A stretch of DNA of 58,080 nucleotides from positions 1 through 58,080 of the forward strand of contig JBBIVV010000012.1 of the NCBI GenBank assembly GCA_037439545.1. The letters are read 5' to 3'. The position numbers and the translations under genes were made by a program. Shown in pieces: positions 1 to 11,480 of the stretch (its first letter is position 1; the number at the start of each line of letters is the position of its first letter). The notes below the pieces were generated by a model. It ran no database searches. It worked only from the letters and a program-made list of their open reading frames with translations, and was not told where the DNA came from. This DNA is from a bacterium (GTDB taxonomy: Bacteria; JAMCPX01).

Positions 1-125
1 TTGAAGTTTACATAATATCTCTTATGGGAAGTTGTATATATACAGAGGTACAAATCAAAAGAGACCTATTAGTGAAAAAATGAGGTTATTAAGGAGCTTA
101 AAGCCCTGCTATTGGTTTTACCGGA

Positions 126-1226
126 TCAGTTTATTTCAAAACAATAAAGGAACCCGCCATTAGACGTTGCATATATTTTATTGTTAACGATAACCGGTGA
201 AGCTGATAGGCCAGATACTATGGAGAAATGATGTTCTATGTGTCCATCATCCGCATTCAACAATACGACCCCTTTATAGCTATCGCTTGAAACACCGATT
301 ACAATGCTGTTGTTCAATTGCTGCGGGTTAAACAGTTTTATTTCGCCGCCAAGATTTACCTTCCATATTGTATCCCCTGTTCTTATGTCAAGTCTGTAAA
401 TGTCCCCGGTTGAACGTGTGAGATAGACCGCATTGGCTTTAATATACAATCCAGTCGGCCTTGTTAGATCGCTTCGTTCCCATATTATAGTTCCATCCTG
501 TTTGTTTAAACATGATAAACCCTTATCATAACTGCCAAAAATCACTATATTACCATTGCCTGCAGGTGTTGTTACAATGTCTTGCAGTTGTTTTACTGTA
601 GGAGGTTTCTTTTCCCATAGCAATTTGCCTGTTGTAGCATCAATTGCCACTGCATATCCATTTGAAAAACCAGTAAAAACGGTATTGTGAGCTATATATG
701 GTGCCGGTGTTAAATGAACTATTAACCCGCTAAATACGTTTTTGGAGGAATATTGCCATAGTAAAGAACCATTAGTGATATTAAATGCATATAATGCATC
801 AAGTGTTGTCTGGATATAAACAGTATTGTCATCAACTACCGGACCCGATAGTATTTCTTTTTGTGTGTTATAGCTCCATATAAGCTTACCGGTATTACTA
901 TTTATTACATAAATAAAGCCCTTCAGTGTAGTTGCAATCAATAAATCATTATACAAAAGCGTACTCGTAGGACTTCCAATTGTCTTGAATTGCCATAAAA
1001 CTTTCTTATTTTTAATATGTTGCGATAGGATCAGATCATCATTAAGTCCCTGATAAAGTATGTTATCTTTTATAATTGGTGAGCACAGTTCATGATGATC
1101 AAGCTTTAAATCCGTATGTAATATTAAATAATTGGCAGGGACAATCTTATAGAAAAACAATGTTCTATATGCAGGCACAGTAGTTGCCAATAGCAGGTTT
1201 AAAGCTATAACTATTCTTGATATCAT
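126..1226 (-). CDS. PQQ-like beta-propeller repeat protein (BamB/YfgL-like)
   Basis: Repeated propeller motifs (A[IL]DATTGKLLW, NSNTGKLIW, DIRTGDTIW, SASPVIVNNKIY); N-terminal hydrophobic signal; lies directly downstream of a YfgM-like TPR gene. Confidence 0.8.
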   Translation of the reverse strand: MISRIVIALNLLLATTVPAYRTLFFYKIVPANYLILHTDLKLDHHELCSPIIKDNILYQGLNDDLILSQHIKNKKVLWQFKTIGSPTSTLLYNDLLIATTLKGFIYVINSNTGKLIWSYNTQKEILSGPVVDDNTVYIQTTLDALYAFNITNGSLLWQYSSKNVFSGLIVHLTPAPYIAHNTVFTGFSNGYAVAIDATTGKLLWEKKPPTVKQLQDIVTTPAGNGNIVIFGSYDKGLSCLNKQDGTIIWERSDLTRPTGLYIKANAVYLTRSTGDIYRLDIRTGDTIWKVNLGGEIKLFNPQQLNNSIVIGVSSDSYKGVVLLNADDGHIEHHFSIVSGLSASPVIVNNKIYATSNGGFLYCFEIN

Positions 1227-1245
1227 ATATTAACCATTTGTTGTG

Positions 1246-1980
1246 TCAGAACTTTCCGTTCTGAAGATTTATAATATTGCTTTGCCCTTTTTCTTTAACA
1301 TAGGTCATTAAACTCGTAAGTTGCTGCTCTATATCTTTATTATCTTTATACTTTTTCAGCCCTTCGTTCAATAAATCCATAGCTTTATCAGATTCATTGG
1401 ATACTAAATAACAATTAACGGCATGAAGATAAGTTAATTGTAATAATGAATTATTTTTATCATTCAACAAACTATTTATTACAGGCATAGCGGATTTACA
1501 GTCATTCTTTGCTATATATGCCTGCACAATGCCGTTATTTGCTATTGCAGTGATATACCTGTCTCTCCCTGCCCAATCAGAAATAAATGTATTATAAGTG
1601 GCAATGGCTTTATCATAATTACCAAGCATATATTCACAATTCCCCATGTAAAGGAGAGCAAGTTTTGATGTTTTAAGGAACTTGAAGCTGACTCTGTACG
1701 ATTGAAATGCATCCAGTGCATTGTTGATGTCCTTTTTATCCAGAGTGTTTTGTGCAACTTCATACAGGTGTAAATCCTGAAAATAAGTTATACTGCCTTT
1801 CTTGGAATAGCTCCTGTAATAATAGAAACCTATAGATGAAAAAACGGCACTAAATAATAGTATTATTCCTGCTATGACCAGATAGGATCTGTTGTGTGCA
1901 GCCACTTTCAACAGTTTTTCCGCTGTAGTAAGAAATTCATCTTTCTGTTTAAGCTTCTTCTTCGTTAGCCTCTTAGACAT
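1246..1980 (-). CDS. Membrane-anchored tetratricopeptide repeat protein (YfgM-like)
   Basis: Basic N-terminus (KKKLKQKDEF), single TM helix, TPR-like helices (ALLYMGNCEYMLGNYDKAIATY); SD GGAGG upstream. Confidence 0.75.
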   Translation of the reverse strand: MSKRLTKKKLKQKDEFLTTAEKLLKVAAHNRSYLVIAGIILLFSAVFSSIGFYYYRSYSKKGSITYFQDLHLYEVAQNTLDKKDINNALDAFQSYRVSFKFLKTSKLALLYMGNCEYMLGNYDKAIATYNTFISDWAGRDRYITAIANNGIVQAYIAKNDCKSAMPVINSLLNDKNNSLLQLTYLHAVNCYLVSNESDKAMDLLNEGLKKYKDNKDIEQQLTSLMTYVKEKGQSNIINLQNGKF

Positions 1981-2002
1981 TTATCCTCCCTTTTCTGCAT
2001 TA

Positions 2003-2710
2003 TCACATACCAAGGTATGCCATTTTTACTCTGTCATCCTCTTTTATTTCCTTTGATGCTCCCGATAAATTTATATGTCCGAGCTCAAGTACATATGTTC
2101 TATCGGTAAACTCAAGGGCAATATTTGCATTCTGCTCAACAATGAGTATTGAAACACCAAGACGGTTTATCTCGTCAATAATTTTAAATATCTTTGATAC
2201 CATAATGGGTGAAAGCCCCAACGACGGTTCATCGAGGAGCATGAGTTTTGGATCTCCCATAAGTCCTCTCGCTATTGCCAGCATCTGTTGCTCACCGCCA
2301 CTCAGTGTGGCTGCCATCTGCTTCCTTCTCTCTTTCAATATAGGAAACATCTTGTAAACCCTTTCAAGGTGTTCAGTCAACCTATTACGATAGTTTGAAA
2401 TGAGAAATCCGCCGATAAGGACATTCTCCTCTACTGTCAGCTTTGTAAAGATATGCCTTCCCTCGGGAACAAGCACTATCCCGTTTTTTATTGCATTATA
2501 AGTTTCCAGGCAAGTTATGTCCCGTTTATTGAAAATAATTTTCCCTGTTTTCTCTTTTGCAATACCGACAATGCTCGAGAGTGTTGTCGTTTTCCCGGCG
2601 CCGTTTGCTCCGAGCAATGCAACTTTCTCGCCCTTTTTTATCTCCATATTTATGCCATGGAGCGCTTCAATTCCGTTATAGCTTGTATGAAGGTTCTCGA
2701 TGATTAACAT
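2003..2710 (-). CDS. livF: Branched-chain amino acid ABC transporter ATP-binding protein
   Basis: Walker A GANGAGKTT, VPEGRHIF, LSGGEQQMLAIARGLM, LLDEPSLGL, VEQNA motifs typical of LivF. Confidence 0.9.
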   Translation of the reverse strand: MLIIENLHTSYNGIEALHGINMEIKKGEKVALLGANGAGKTTTLSSIVGIAKEKTGKIIFNKRDITCLETYNAIKNGIVLVPEGRHIFTKLTVEENVLIGGFLISNYRNRLTEHLERVYKMFPILKERRKQMAATLSGGEQQMLAIARGLMGDPKLMLLDEPSLGLSPIMVSKIFKIIDEINRLGVSILIVEQNANIALEFTDRTYVLELGHINLSGASKEIKEDDRVKMAYLGM

Positions 2711-2782
2711 TTCCTGTGATCCAAACTCCCGTCATTATTCAGCTCTGAGATTTTTTCAACTCAATACTCCGCACTATGAACT

Positions 2783-4522
2783 CTATGACTCTTTATACCT
2801 GTTTGTTATGGGCATTCTTCTATCCTTGCCGAGCGCTTTTTTTGTTACCTTGACGCCGGGCGGCGACTGCCTGCGTTTATATTCGCTTGAATCTATAAGG
2901 TGCTGGACCTTTAAAACCGTGTCTCTCCTGTAGCCTGATGCTATTACTTCATCAACGCTCATGTCTTCTTCTATAAGCATGGCAAGTATTGGGTCCAGTA
3001 TAGAATAAGGCGGTAAGGAATCTTCATCTTTCTGATTCGGCCTTAATTCAGCGGTCGGCGGCTTAGAAAAAACCCTTCCCGGGATTAAAATATGTGCTTC
3101 AAGTCTGTTCCTATATTCAGCCAGCTTGTAGACGAGCGTTTTCGATACGTCTTTTATTACCGCATACCCGCCTGCCATATCACCATACATTGTTGCATAC
3201 CCTACGCTCATCTCCGATTTATTCCCTGTGGTAAGCACAAGCCAGCCGAATTTGTTGGAAAGACTCATTAGAATATTGCCTCTTATGCGCGCCTGGATAT
3301 TTTCCTCAGTTATATCAGGTTTTTTACCTCTAAAATGCGGCTGAAGCTCCTTTCTATAGGTGTGGTATAAATCCGTGATGGGTATGTTCATAAATTCGAT
3401 ACCGAGGTTTTGAGCAAGTTTTGATGCATCTTCCCTGCTCTCTTTTGAGCTGAACATAGATGGCATAAATACTCCGGTCACATTATCCTTCCCAACCGCA
3501 TCCGCTGCAATGCATGCAACGAGGGACGAATCAATACCTCCGCTTAACCCTATGACTGCTTTTTTAAAGCCGTTTTTTACAAGATAATTCCGTGTGCCGG
3601 TAACCAATGCCGTGTAGAGCTCTTCCTCTTCTCCAAGTAAGCCGTATATAGTCCGCTTTATTTTATATTTTTGATTTCGATCTTTGAGTTTTGAGTTGAG
3701 TTTATATTCTTTAATCATCATACCGGGATCAAAAGTTAATTTATCTTCCCTCCTCCTCGGGTCATGCAGTCTTGTACGGAGAATACTGTTAATATCGATG
3801 TCCGCAACATTGAGCTCTTCTTCAAATTGGTGCGCCCTTGCAAGCAGTTCCCCTGATTCCGAAAAAATTACGCTCCCGCCGTCGAACACAAGTTCATCCT
3901 GGCCACCGACCATATTTACATAAACTACGGTAACCGCATTGTCCTGCGCTCTCGTTGCAAGCATCCGTTCCCTCGTTGATTGTTTACCCGCATGATAAGG
4001 CGATGCATTGATATTAATGATAACTTCAGCATCGCCGCCGAGTGCCTGATAAAGTATAGGTCCGTCAGGATACCATATATCCTCGCAGATATTTACGCCA
4101 ATCCTGACATCATCCATACAATAAACCGGGAATGTGGTGCCCCTCTGAAAATATCGGTATTCGTCGAATACGCCATAATTCGGCAGGAATGCTTTCCTTG
4201 CAGTGCTGATAAGTTTTTTGTTATGGATGAAGGCTGCTGAATTATAAAGATCAGCATCAAGCTCTACGAAACCTATCACAACACTTATGTTGTCCGTAGT
4301 ACTTATGATACTGTTTAAAGCATGAAGATTCGATTTTATAAATCCAGGCTTCAGAAGCAGGTCTTCGGGAGGATAGCCGGTAAGAGCCAATTCAGGGAAA
4401 ATAACGATGTCTGCCCTCGCCTTTTTTGCCTCTGAGATAAATTTTATTATCTTTTCAACATTCTTATCGAGATCACCCACACAACTGTTCATTTGTGCAA
4501 GTGCTACTCTGAGCAAATTCAT
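2783..4522 (-). CDS. nadE: Glutamine-dependent NAD+ synthetase
   Basis: N-terminal nitrilase-like domain (FPELALTGYPPEDL, ICEDIW) plus synthetase domain (GLSGGIDS, ENIQARIRG, TGNKSE, EYKRRQSPPG). Confidence 0.97.
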   Translation of the reverse strand: MNLLRVALAQMNSCVGDLDKNVEKIIKFISEAKKARADIVIFPELALTGYPPEDLLLKPGFIKSNLHALNSIISTTDNISVVIGFVELDADLYNSAAFIHNKKLISTARKAFLPNYGVFDEYRYFQRGTTFPVYCMDDVRIGVNICEDIWYPDGPILYQALGGDAEVIININASPYHAGKQSTRERMLATRAQDNAVTVVYVNMVGGQDELVFDGGSVIFSESGELLARAHQFEEELNVADIDINSILRTRLHDPRRREDKLTFDPGMMIKEYKLNSKLKDRNQKYKIKRTIYGLLGEEEELYTALVTGTRNYLVKNGFKKAVIGLSGGIDSSLVACIAADAVGKDNVTGVFMPSMFSSKESREDASKLAQNLGIEFMNIPITDLYHTYRKELQPHFRGKKPDITEENIQARIRGNILMSLSNKFGWLVLTTGNKSEMSVGYATMYGDMAGGYAVIKDVSKTLVYKLAEYRNRLEAHILIPGRVFSKPPTAELRPNQKDEDSLPPYSILDPILAMLIEEDMSVDEVIASGYRRDTVLKVQHLIDSSEYKRRQSPPGVKVTKKALGKDRRMPITNRYKES

Positions 4523-4678
4523 AAAATACCTCCCTTACCGTATAGGATGTATACAACAAAAAGGGGCTTTTGTCCATAAATGATACCCAATAAAATACCG
4601 GCATATCATGAAGAATGGGCATGTAAGGAGAGATTATTCCGGGGAATACATTTTAAAACAATCGAGTATGTACGGTGA

Positions 4679-4692
4679 GTTTACCCCGTTAA
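4679..4692. repeat. Half copy of the GTNNAC-CCCGTTAGA palindromic repeat family
   Basis: GTTTACCCCGTTAA matches the left arm of the elements at 36791 and 41356. Confidence 0.4.
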
Positions 4693-4707
4693 TATATAAT
4701 TTTCCGG

Positions 4708-5124
4708 TTACCTGTTTCTGCCGTATTTCTGGGATATTTCGATTCTGAGCAGTGCCCGTTTTAAAGTGGCTTCAAGAGCTGCATATCTGGCATCCATAAG
4801 AGATGCTACATTTTTCAGTTGTTCTTCAGCCCGTTGTTTTGCGGCAAGTGCACGTTTGAGATCAATTTCATGGTCGAATTCTGCCGTTTCTACGAGTACC
4901 GTCATCCTGGTCTGATTTACCTCTGAAAAACCCCAGTTTAAAGCAAGATGTTCTTCTTCGCTCCCGGTCCTGAATTTCAGTTCACCGATCGTCAGGAGTG
5001 ATATGAACCTTGCATGTCCTGGAAAAATACCGAATTCACCGAGCAAGCCTGGTGCAACGACCTCATCAACATCCTTATCTATGATCACCTTTTCAGGCGT
5101 TATAATGGTTAATCTCAATGGCAT
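4708..5124 (-). CDS. atpC: F1F0 ATP synthase epsilon subunit
   Basis: IITPEK...PGLLGEFGIFPGHA motif, C-terminal helical hairpin; last gene of the atp operon. Confidence 0.96.
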   Translation of the reverse strand: MPLRLTIITPEKVIIDKDVDEVVAPGLLGEFGIFPGHARFISLLTIGELKFRTGSEEEHLALNWGFSEVNQTRMTVLVETAEFDHEIDLKRALAAKQRAEEQLKNVASLMDARYAALEATLKRALLRIEISQKYGRNR

Positions 5125-5126
5125 GT

Positions 5127-7425
<2,299 letters not shown>

Positions 7426-7427
7426 TT

Positions 7428-8948
7428 TTATCCCTTGGGGTTAAACTCTGCTTTAAATTTATCGAGCGCTTCTTTTATTGATTTTATGAGATTTTCATCG
7501 ATCGCCTTTTTCTCGGAAATAGTTTTTAATATGTCCGGATATTTTGCCTTGATAAAGGTCAGCACTTCTTTCTCATACCTGCCTACAGCCTCGACAGGAT
7601 AATCATCGAGATAACCGTTCGTTCCTGCGAATATACTTAAAATTTGTTCTTCGACCGGGACAGGCTTATACTGCGGCTGTTTCAGCAGTTCCGTAAGCCT
7701 TGCACCGCGGTTCAACTGCATCTGTGTCGCTTTATCAAGATCGGACGCAAACTGTGAAAATGCCGCCATCTCCCGGTACTGCGCAAGCTCGAGTCTTAAT
7801 CTGCCTGCAACTTGTTTCATGGCCTTGACCTGTGCATCGCCTCCGACCCTCGATACTGATATACCCACGTTGACAGCCGGTCTTATACCGGCATAGAAAA
7901 GGTCTGTTTCGAGGAATATCTGTCCATCCGTTATCGAAATGACATTTGTGGGAATGTACGCCGATACGTCGCCTGCCTGTGTTTCGATTATCGGAAGCGC
8001 AGTGAGGGATCCGCCCCCGTTCTTATCGGAAAGTTTTGCTGCCCTTTCAAGTAACCTCGAATGAAGGTAGAACACATCGCCCGGGAAGGCTTCTCTGCCA
8101 GGCGGTCTTCTTAACAATAAGGATAACTGCCTGTATGCAACGGCATGTTTTGAAAGGTCATCATAAAATATGACGGCATGCTTCCCATTGTCCCTGTAAT
8201 ATTCACCCATCGTGCACCCGGAGTACGGAGCTATATACTGTAGAGGAGCAGGTTCACTTGCCGTTGCAGAAACAATAATCGTATAATCCATCGCTCCATA
8301 CTGCGTTAGTTTATCCACCACCTGTGCGACTGTCGACTGTTTCTGCCCTATCGCCACATATATGCAAACAATATTTTTCCCCTTTTGATTTATGATGGTA
8401 TCGAGAACAACGGCTGTTTTACCCGTCTGTCTGTCACCTATGATAAGCTCCCTCTGTCCCCTTCCAATCGGTATCATCGAGTCTATGGCCTTTATGCCGG
8501 TTTGAAGAGGTTCTTTAACATGCTGACGCATGACAATACCAGGCGCTTTTATCTCGACCTTCCTTGTTTCCTTTGATTTTATAGGACCTTTGCCGTCTAT
8601 GGGTTCTCCGAGTGGATTGACGACCCTGCCTATCATCGCATCACCGACAGGCACCTCCATTATTCTGGAAAGCCTTTTTACGGTCTGTCCTTCCTTGATG
8701 CCGGTGACCTCTCCCATTACCGATATTCCGACGCTCTCTTCTTCAAGATTAAGAACAAGTCCTTTGGTACCGTCTTCAAATTCAACAAGCTCACCAGCCA
8801 TAACCTTTTCGAGTCCGTAAGCCCTTACTATACCATCACCGACTGATATTACCGTCCCGACTTCGGCTTTCTCGATCTTATAGTCATAGCCCTCGAGCTG
8901 CTCTTTTATAATGCTCGTTATCTCATCATATCTTATTCCTAACGCCAT
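7428..8948 (-). CDS. atpA: F1F0 ATP synthase alpha subunit
   Basis: [34 protein letters not shown]. Confidence 0.99.
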   Translation of the reverse strand: MALGIRYDEITSIIKEQLEGYDYKIEKAEVGTVISVGDGIVRAYGLEKVMAGELVEFEDGTKGLVLNLEEESVGISVMGEVTGIKEGQTVKRLSRIMEVPVGDAMIGRVVNPLGEPIDGKGPIKSKETRKVEIKAPGIVMRQHVKEPLQTGIKAIDSMIPIGRGQRELIIGDRQTGKTAVVLDTIINQKGKNIVCIYVAIGQKQSTVAQVVDKLTQYGAMDYTIIVSATASEPAPLQYIAPYSGCTMGEYYRDNGKHAVIFYDDLSKHAVAYRQLSLLLRRPPGREAFPGDVFYLHSRLLERAAKLSDKNGGGSLTALPIIETQAGDVSAYIPTNVISITDGQIFLETDLFYAGIRPAVNVGISVSRVGGDAQVKAMKQVAGRLRLELAQYREMAAFSQFASDLDKATQMQLNRGARLTELLKQPQYKPVPVEEQILSIFAGTNGYLDDYPVEAVGRYEKEVLTFIKAKYPDILKTISEKKAIDENLIKSIKEALDKFKAEFNPKG

Positions 8949-8977
8949 CTTTTATCTCCTTAAATCCTGATTTATCC

Positions 8978-9508
8978 TTAAATTTTTATTGAATTTGTGA
9001 AATTCTTTAAGTGAGTTTTAATAGTTCCGTCGTATATTGTCCATCCAACCCGGAGTTTTAAACCGCCGATGATTGAGCTGTCTTTCGTCGTTGTTAACAA
9101 AGGCTCTTTATGAAAAAGATTTTTTATTCTTGATTTTAATGTATCCATTTCATGTTCAGTTATATCATAAGCAGTGTATATCTCTGCTTTTATAAGACCT
9201 TTGAAGTTATCGTGCATCTCTTCGTAACTTCTTATTATATCGTCAATAAATTGCTCTCTGCGCCCGCTTACAAGGAGAAGAATCAGGTTTTTAACCTCTT
9301 TCGACAAGTTCAACTTCACGAATATATTGGACATGATTTTTGTTTTTTTTGTTTTATCGATTAATTGATCATCAAAAATATTCTTCAGCTCCTTGTTTTG
9401 AGAGAAAAGCTGATTTAAGTCATTCAATTCGTGCATGAACTGATCAATTTTGTTTTGCTGCTTTGCAAGTTGAAAGAGTGCCTTTGCGTATCTTATGCTG
9501 ACGTTCAT
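8978..9508 (-). CDS. atpH: F1F0 ATP synthase delta subunit
   Basis: RYAKALF N-terminus, D.SIIGGLKLRVG...YDGTIK C-terminus, operon position. Confidence 0.95.
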   Translation of the reverse strand: MNVSIRYAKALFQLAKQQNKIDQFMHELNDLNQLFSQNKELKNIFDDQLIDKTKKTKIMSNIFVKLNLSKEVKNLILLLVSGRREQFIDDIIRSYEEMHDNFKGLIKAEIYTAYDITEHEMDTLKSRIKNLFHKEPLLTTTKDSSIIGGLKLRVGWTIYDGTIKTHLKNFTNSIKI

Positions 9509-10050
9509 TGTACCTTCCCGATAAATTTATCTGTAACGTTATGCTGTGCATTTTCGTCTATCGAATCTTCTATATACTTTTTCGAAAGCTCATAAAGCTG
9601 GGATTTGATATGATCCGTGATCATCTCTTTGGCTTTTTGTATCTCTGTATCAGAAATGCGATCACCTTCCTGTTTTAGACGCTCTATCATGAGCCTGCCC
9701 TCATCAACGATGGCCTGTTTTTCTTTCTCTGCCCTGGCATTCATATCATCCGTAATCTCTTTATTGATCTTATCGAACTGGCTCAACTGCTTTTCCGCAT
9801 CTCCGTGCCTGTCCATCGCCTTTTGTTTCAGATCCATCGCTTCTTTTATAAGCTTCTCTATATTTTCTTTCCTCGTTTTAAATAATTTTTCTCCGTGGAA
9901 TTTTTTATAGAGGTATACAAAGCCGGCTACGAGGATAACGAAGTTTATGATTGACCACAGCAGGTTCATGGTGAAGAAACCTTCCTCACCCGCATGTGCG
10001 TATGAAGGCAGAAGAAAAATAAAAAGTATGGCAGATAACAGTGTAATCAT
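9505..10050 (-). CDS. atpF: F0 ATP synthase subunit b
   Basis: Signal-like extension, TM helix (WSIINFVILV), long charged coiled coil; immediately upstream of atpH. Confidence 0.85.
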   Translation of the reverse strand: MITLLSAILFIFLLPSYAHAGEEGFFTMNLLWSIINFVILVAGFVYLYKKFHGEKLFKTRKENIEKLIKEAMDLKQKAMDRHGDAEKQLSQFDKINKEITDDMNARAEKEKQAIVDEGRLMIERLKQEGDRISDTEIQKAKEMITDHIKSQLYELSKKYIEDSIDENAQHNVTDKFIGKVQ

Positions 10051-10532
10051 TTGAGCATCATCTTCTTTGCAATCAAGGGGATGAATTGTTTTATCCCCTC
10101 TTCGAGCTTTACCAGTAAATCCGTCTTTTCCTTCTCTATCTGTGCAATCATGGATTTTAAATGTTCCTGCATATCTTTATTTGCTTTTTCAAACGCCTCG
10201 TCTCTTCTTTTTTTTGCTTCTTCTACGTAAGAAAGCCTGAGTTTATTTCCTGCTTCGGTACTCTGTTTTATTTTTTCCCTGAGATCATCCTCGAGTGCCT
10301 CTGACTCCTTGTTCAATAGTTTTGCATCTTCGATAGCCTTAACAGTTTTTGAACCGCGCTTCTCGTAGACTTTGGCAAACGATTGAAAGAAAAATTTATT
10401 CAGCAAAATCCACACAGCCCAGAATATAATCGCCTGTTCCAGAACATCCAGGGGTATTATATTGAACTGGGTGAGAGGCGTATGGAGCCCTATCCAGAGT
10501 TTCGTTATTAAAGGTGATGTGTCCATAGTCAT
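10047..10532 (-). CDS. F0 ATP synthase subunit b' (second b-type subunit)
   Basis: TM helix QAIIFWAVWILLNKFFF followed by coiled coil; ATGA overlap with atpF. Confidence 0.8.
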   Translation of the reverse strand: MTMDTSPLITKLWIGLHTPLTQFNIIPLDVLEQAIIFWAVWILLNKFFFQSFAKVYEKRGSKTVKAIEDAKLLNKESEALEDDLREKIKQSTEAGNKLRLSYVEEAKKRRDEAFEKANKDMQEHLKSMIAQIEKEKTDLLVKLEEGIKQFIPLIAKKMMLK

Positions 10533-10574
10533 ATATTTATATTTTATTTTTTTATATTATTTACTTTCTGTATC

Positions 10575-10603
10575 GTGTTACAGAGTAGAAGAATACTTGT
10601 CAA
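10575..10603 (-). promoter_or_regulatory. Putative sigma70 promoter of the atp operon
   Basis: Minus strand TTGACA-17 nt-TAACAC in an AT-rich gap; the -10 is weak. Confidence 0.35.
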
Positions 10604-10663
10604 GATTTTTTACACACAGTGTTCTTATTCGGCACAGGATTACAGTGCCGCAAATAAAGTGTT

Positions 10664-11476
10664 TTACGGTTCCTTCCTGTAAATGAGCCCTGTAAAAAGC
10701 TCTGCAGTACGCGCCATCTCGAAAGCCATGTCAAGATTCGTGTAATCGTATCTCCGGGGCAGGTGCTTTACCTGCGTGCGCAGGTGCTCATACGTATAAT
10801 TGACCTTATCGAAAGTAACGCAGGGGCTTACGATATGAATAAAGGAAAATCCTTTGTGCTTTATGCCCTCTTCGAACAATATCTTCATGTCATCCGGAGC
10901 ACCTGCAAACCCCCGTGCAACAAAGTTTGCACCGTAAGATAATGCAAGCAAAACGGGGTTCATATTCGGATCCGGGTTTCCCTCGGGATGCGAACTCGTG
11001 ACCTGTCCCTTGGGAGTCATGGGGCTTGTCTGTCCTTTTGTAAGACCATAGATACCGTTGTCAAAAAGTATGCAGGTTATATCGGTATTCCTTTTTATTG
11101 CGTGAGGCAGATGCCCGGCACCGATACCGAGACAATCGCCGTCTCCCGTAAGGGCAAGCACCGTCAGATCAGACCTTGCAATTTTTGCACCTGATGCAAC
11201 AGGCAATGATCTGCCATGCAGCACATGCATGCTGTATGCTTTCGCAAAGAACGGATACCTTCCTGTACAGCCTATGCCCGATACAATCATAAGATCCTTC
11301 GGCAGGATGTTGAGTTCCGTCAATGTCCTTTCAAGGGCTGTCTCTATTCCATAGTATCCGCAGCCCGGACACCATGTCGAAAGCCTTTCCGAGCGATAGG
11401 TAAAAATACCTTTCTTCTTTATTTCAGACAGCTCGTCATCCGGGTAAAAAACCTCCGGTTTTATTTGTTCATTCAT
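10664..11476 (-). CDS. korB: 2-oxoacid:ferredoxin oxidoreductase beta subunit (TPP-binding)
   Basis: WCPGCG, SGIGC, LHGRSLPVASG, GDGD...DNGIYGLTKGQTSP, SPCVTF; substrate not determinable from sequence. Confidence 0.93.
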   Translation of the reverse strand: MNEQIKPEVFYPDDELSEIKKKGIFTYRSERLSTWCPGCGYYGIETALERTLTELNILPKDLMIVSGIGCTGRYPFFAKAYSMHVLHGRSLPVASGAKIARSDLTVLALTGDGDCLGIGAGHLPHAIKRNTDITCILFDNGIYGLTKGQTSPMTPKGQVTSSHPEGNPDPNMNPVLLALSYGANFVARGFAGAPDDMKILFEEGIKHKGFSFIHIVSPCVTFDKVNYTYEHLRTQVKHLPRRYDYTNLDMAFEMARTAELFTGLIYRKEP

Positions 11477-11480
11477 AGCG

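Noticed and set aside
2720..2782. Short AACTC/ACTCC-like iterations between nadE and livF
   Set aside because: Too degenerate and short to define a repeat; not a CRISPR array
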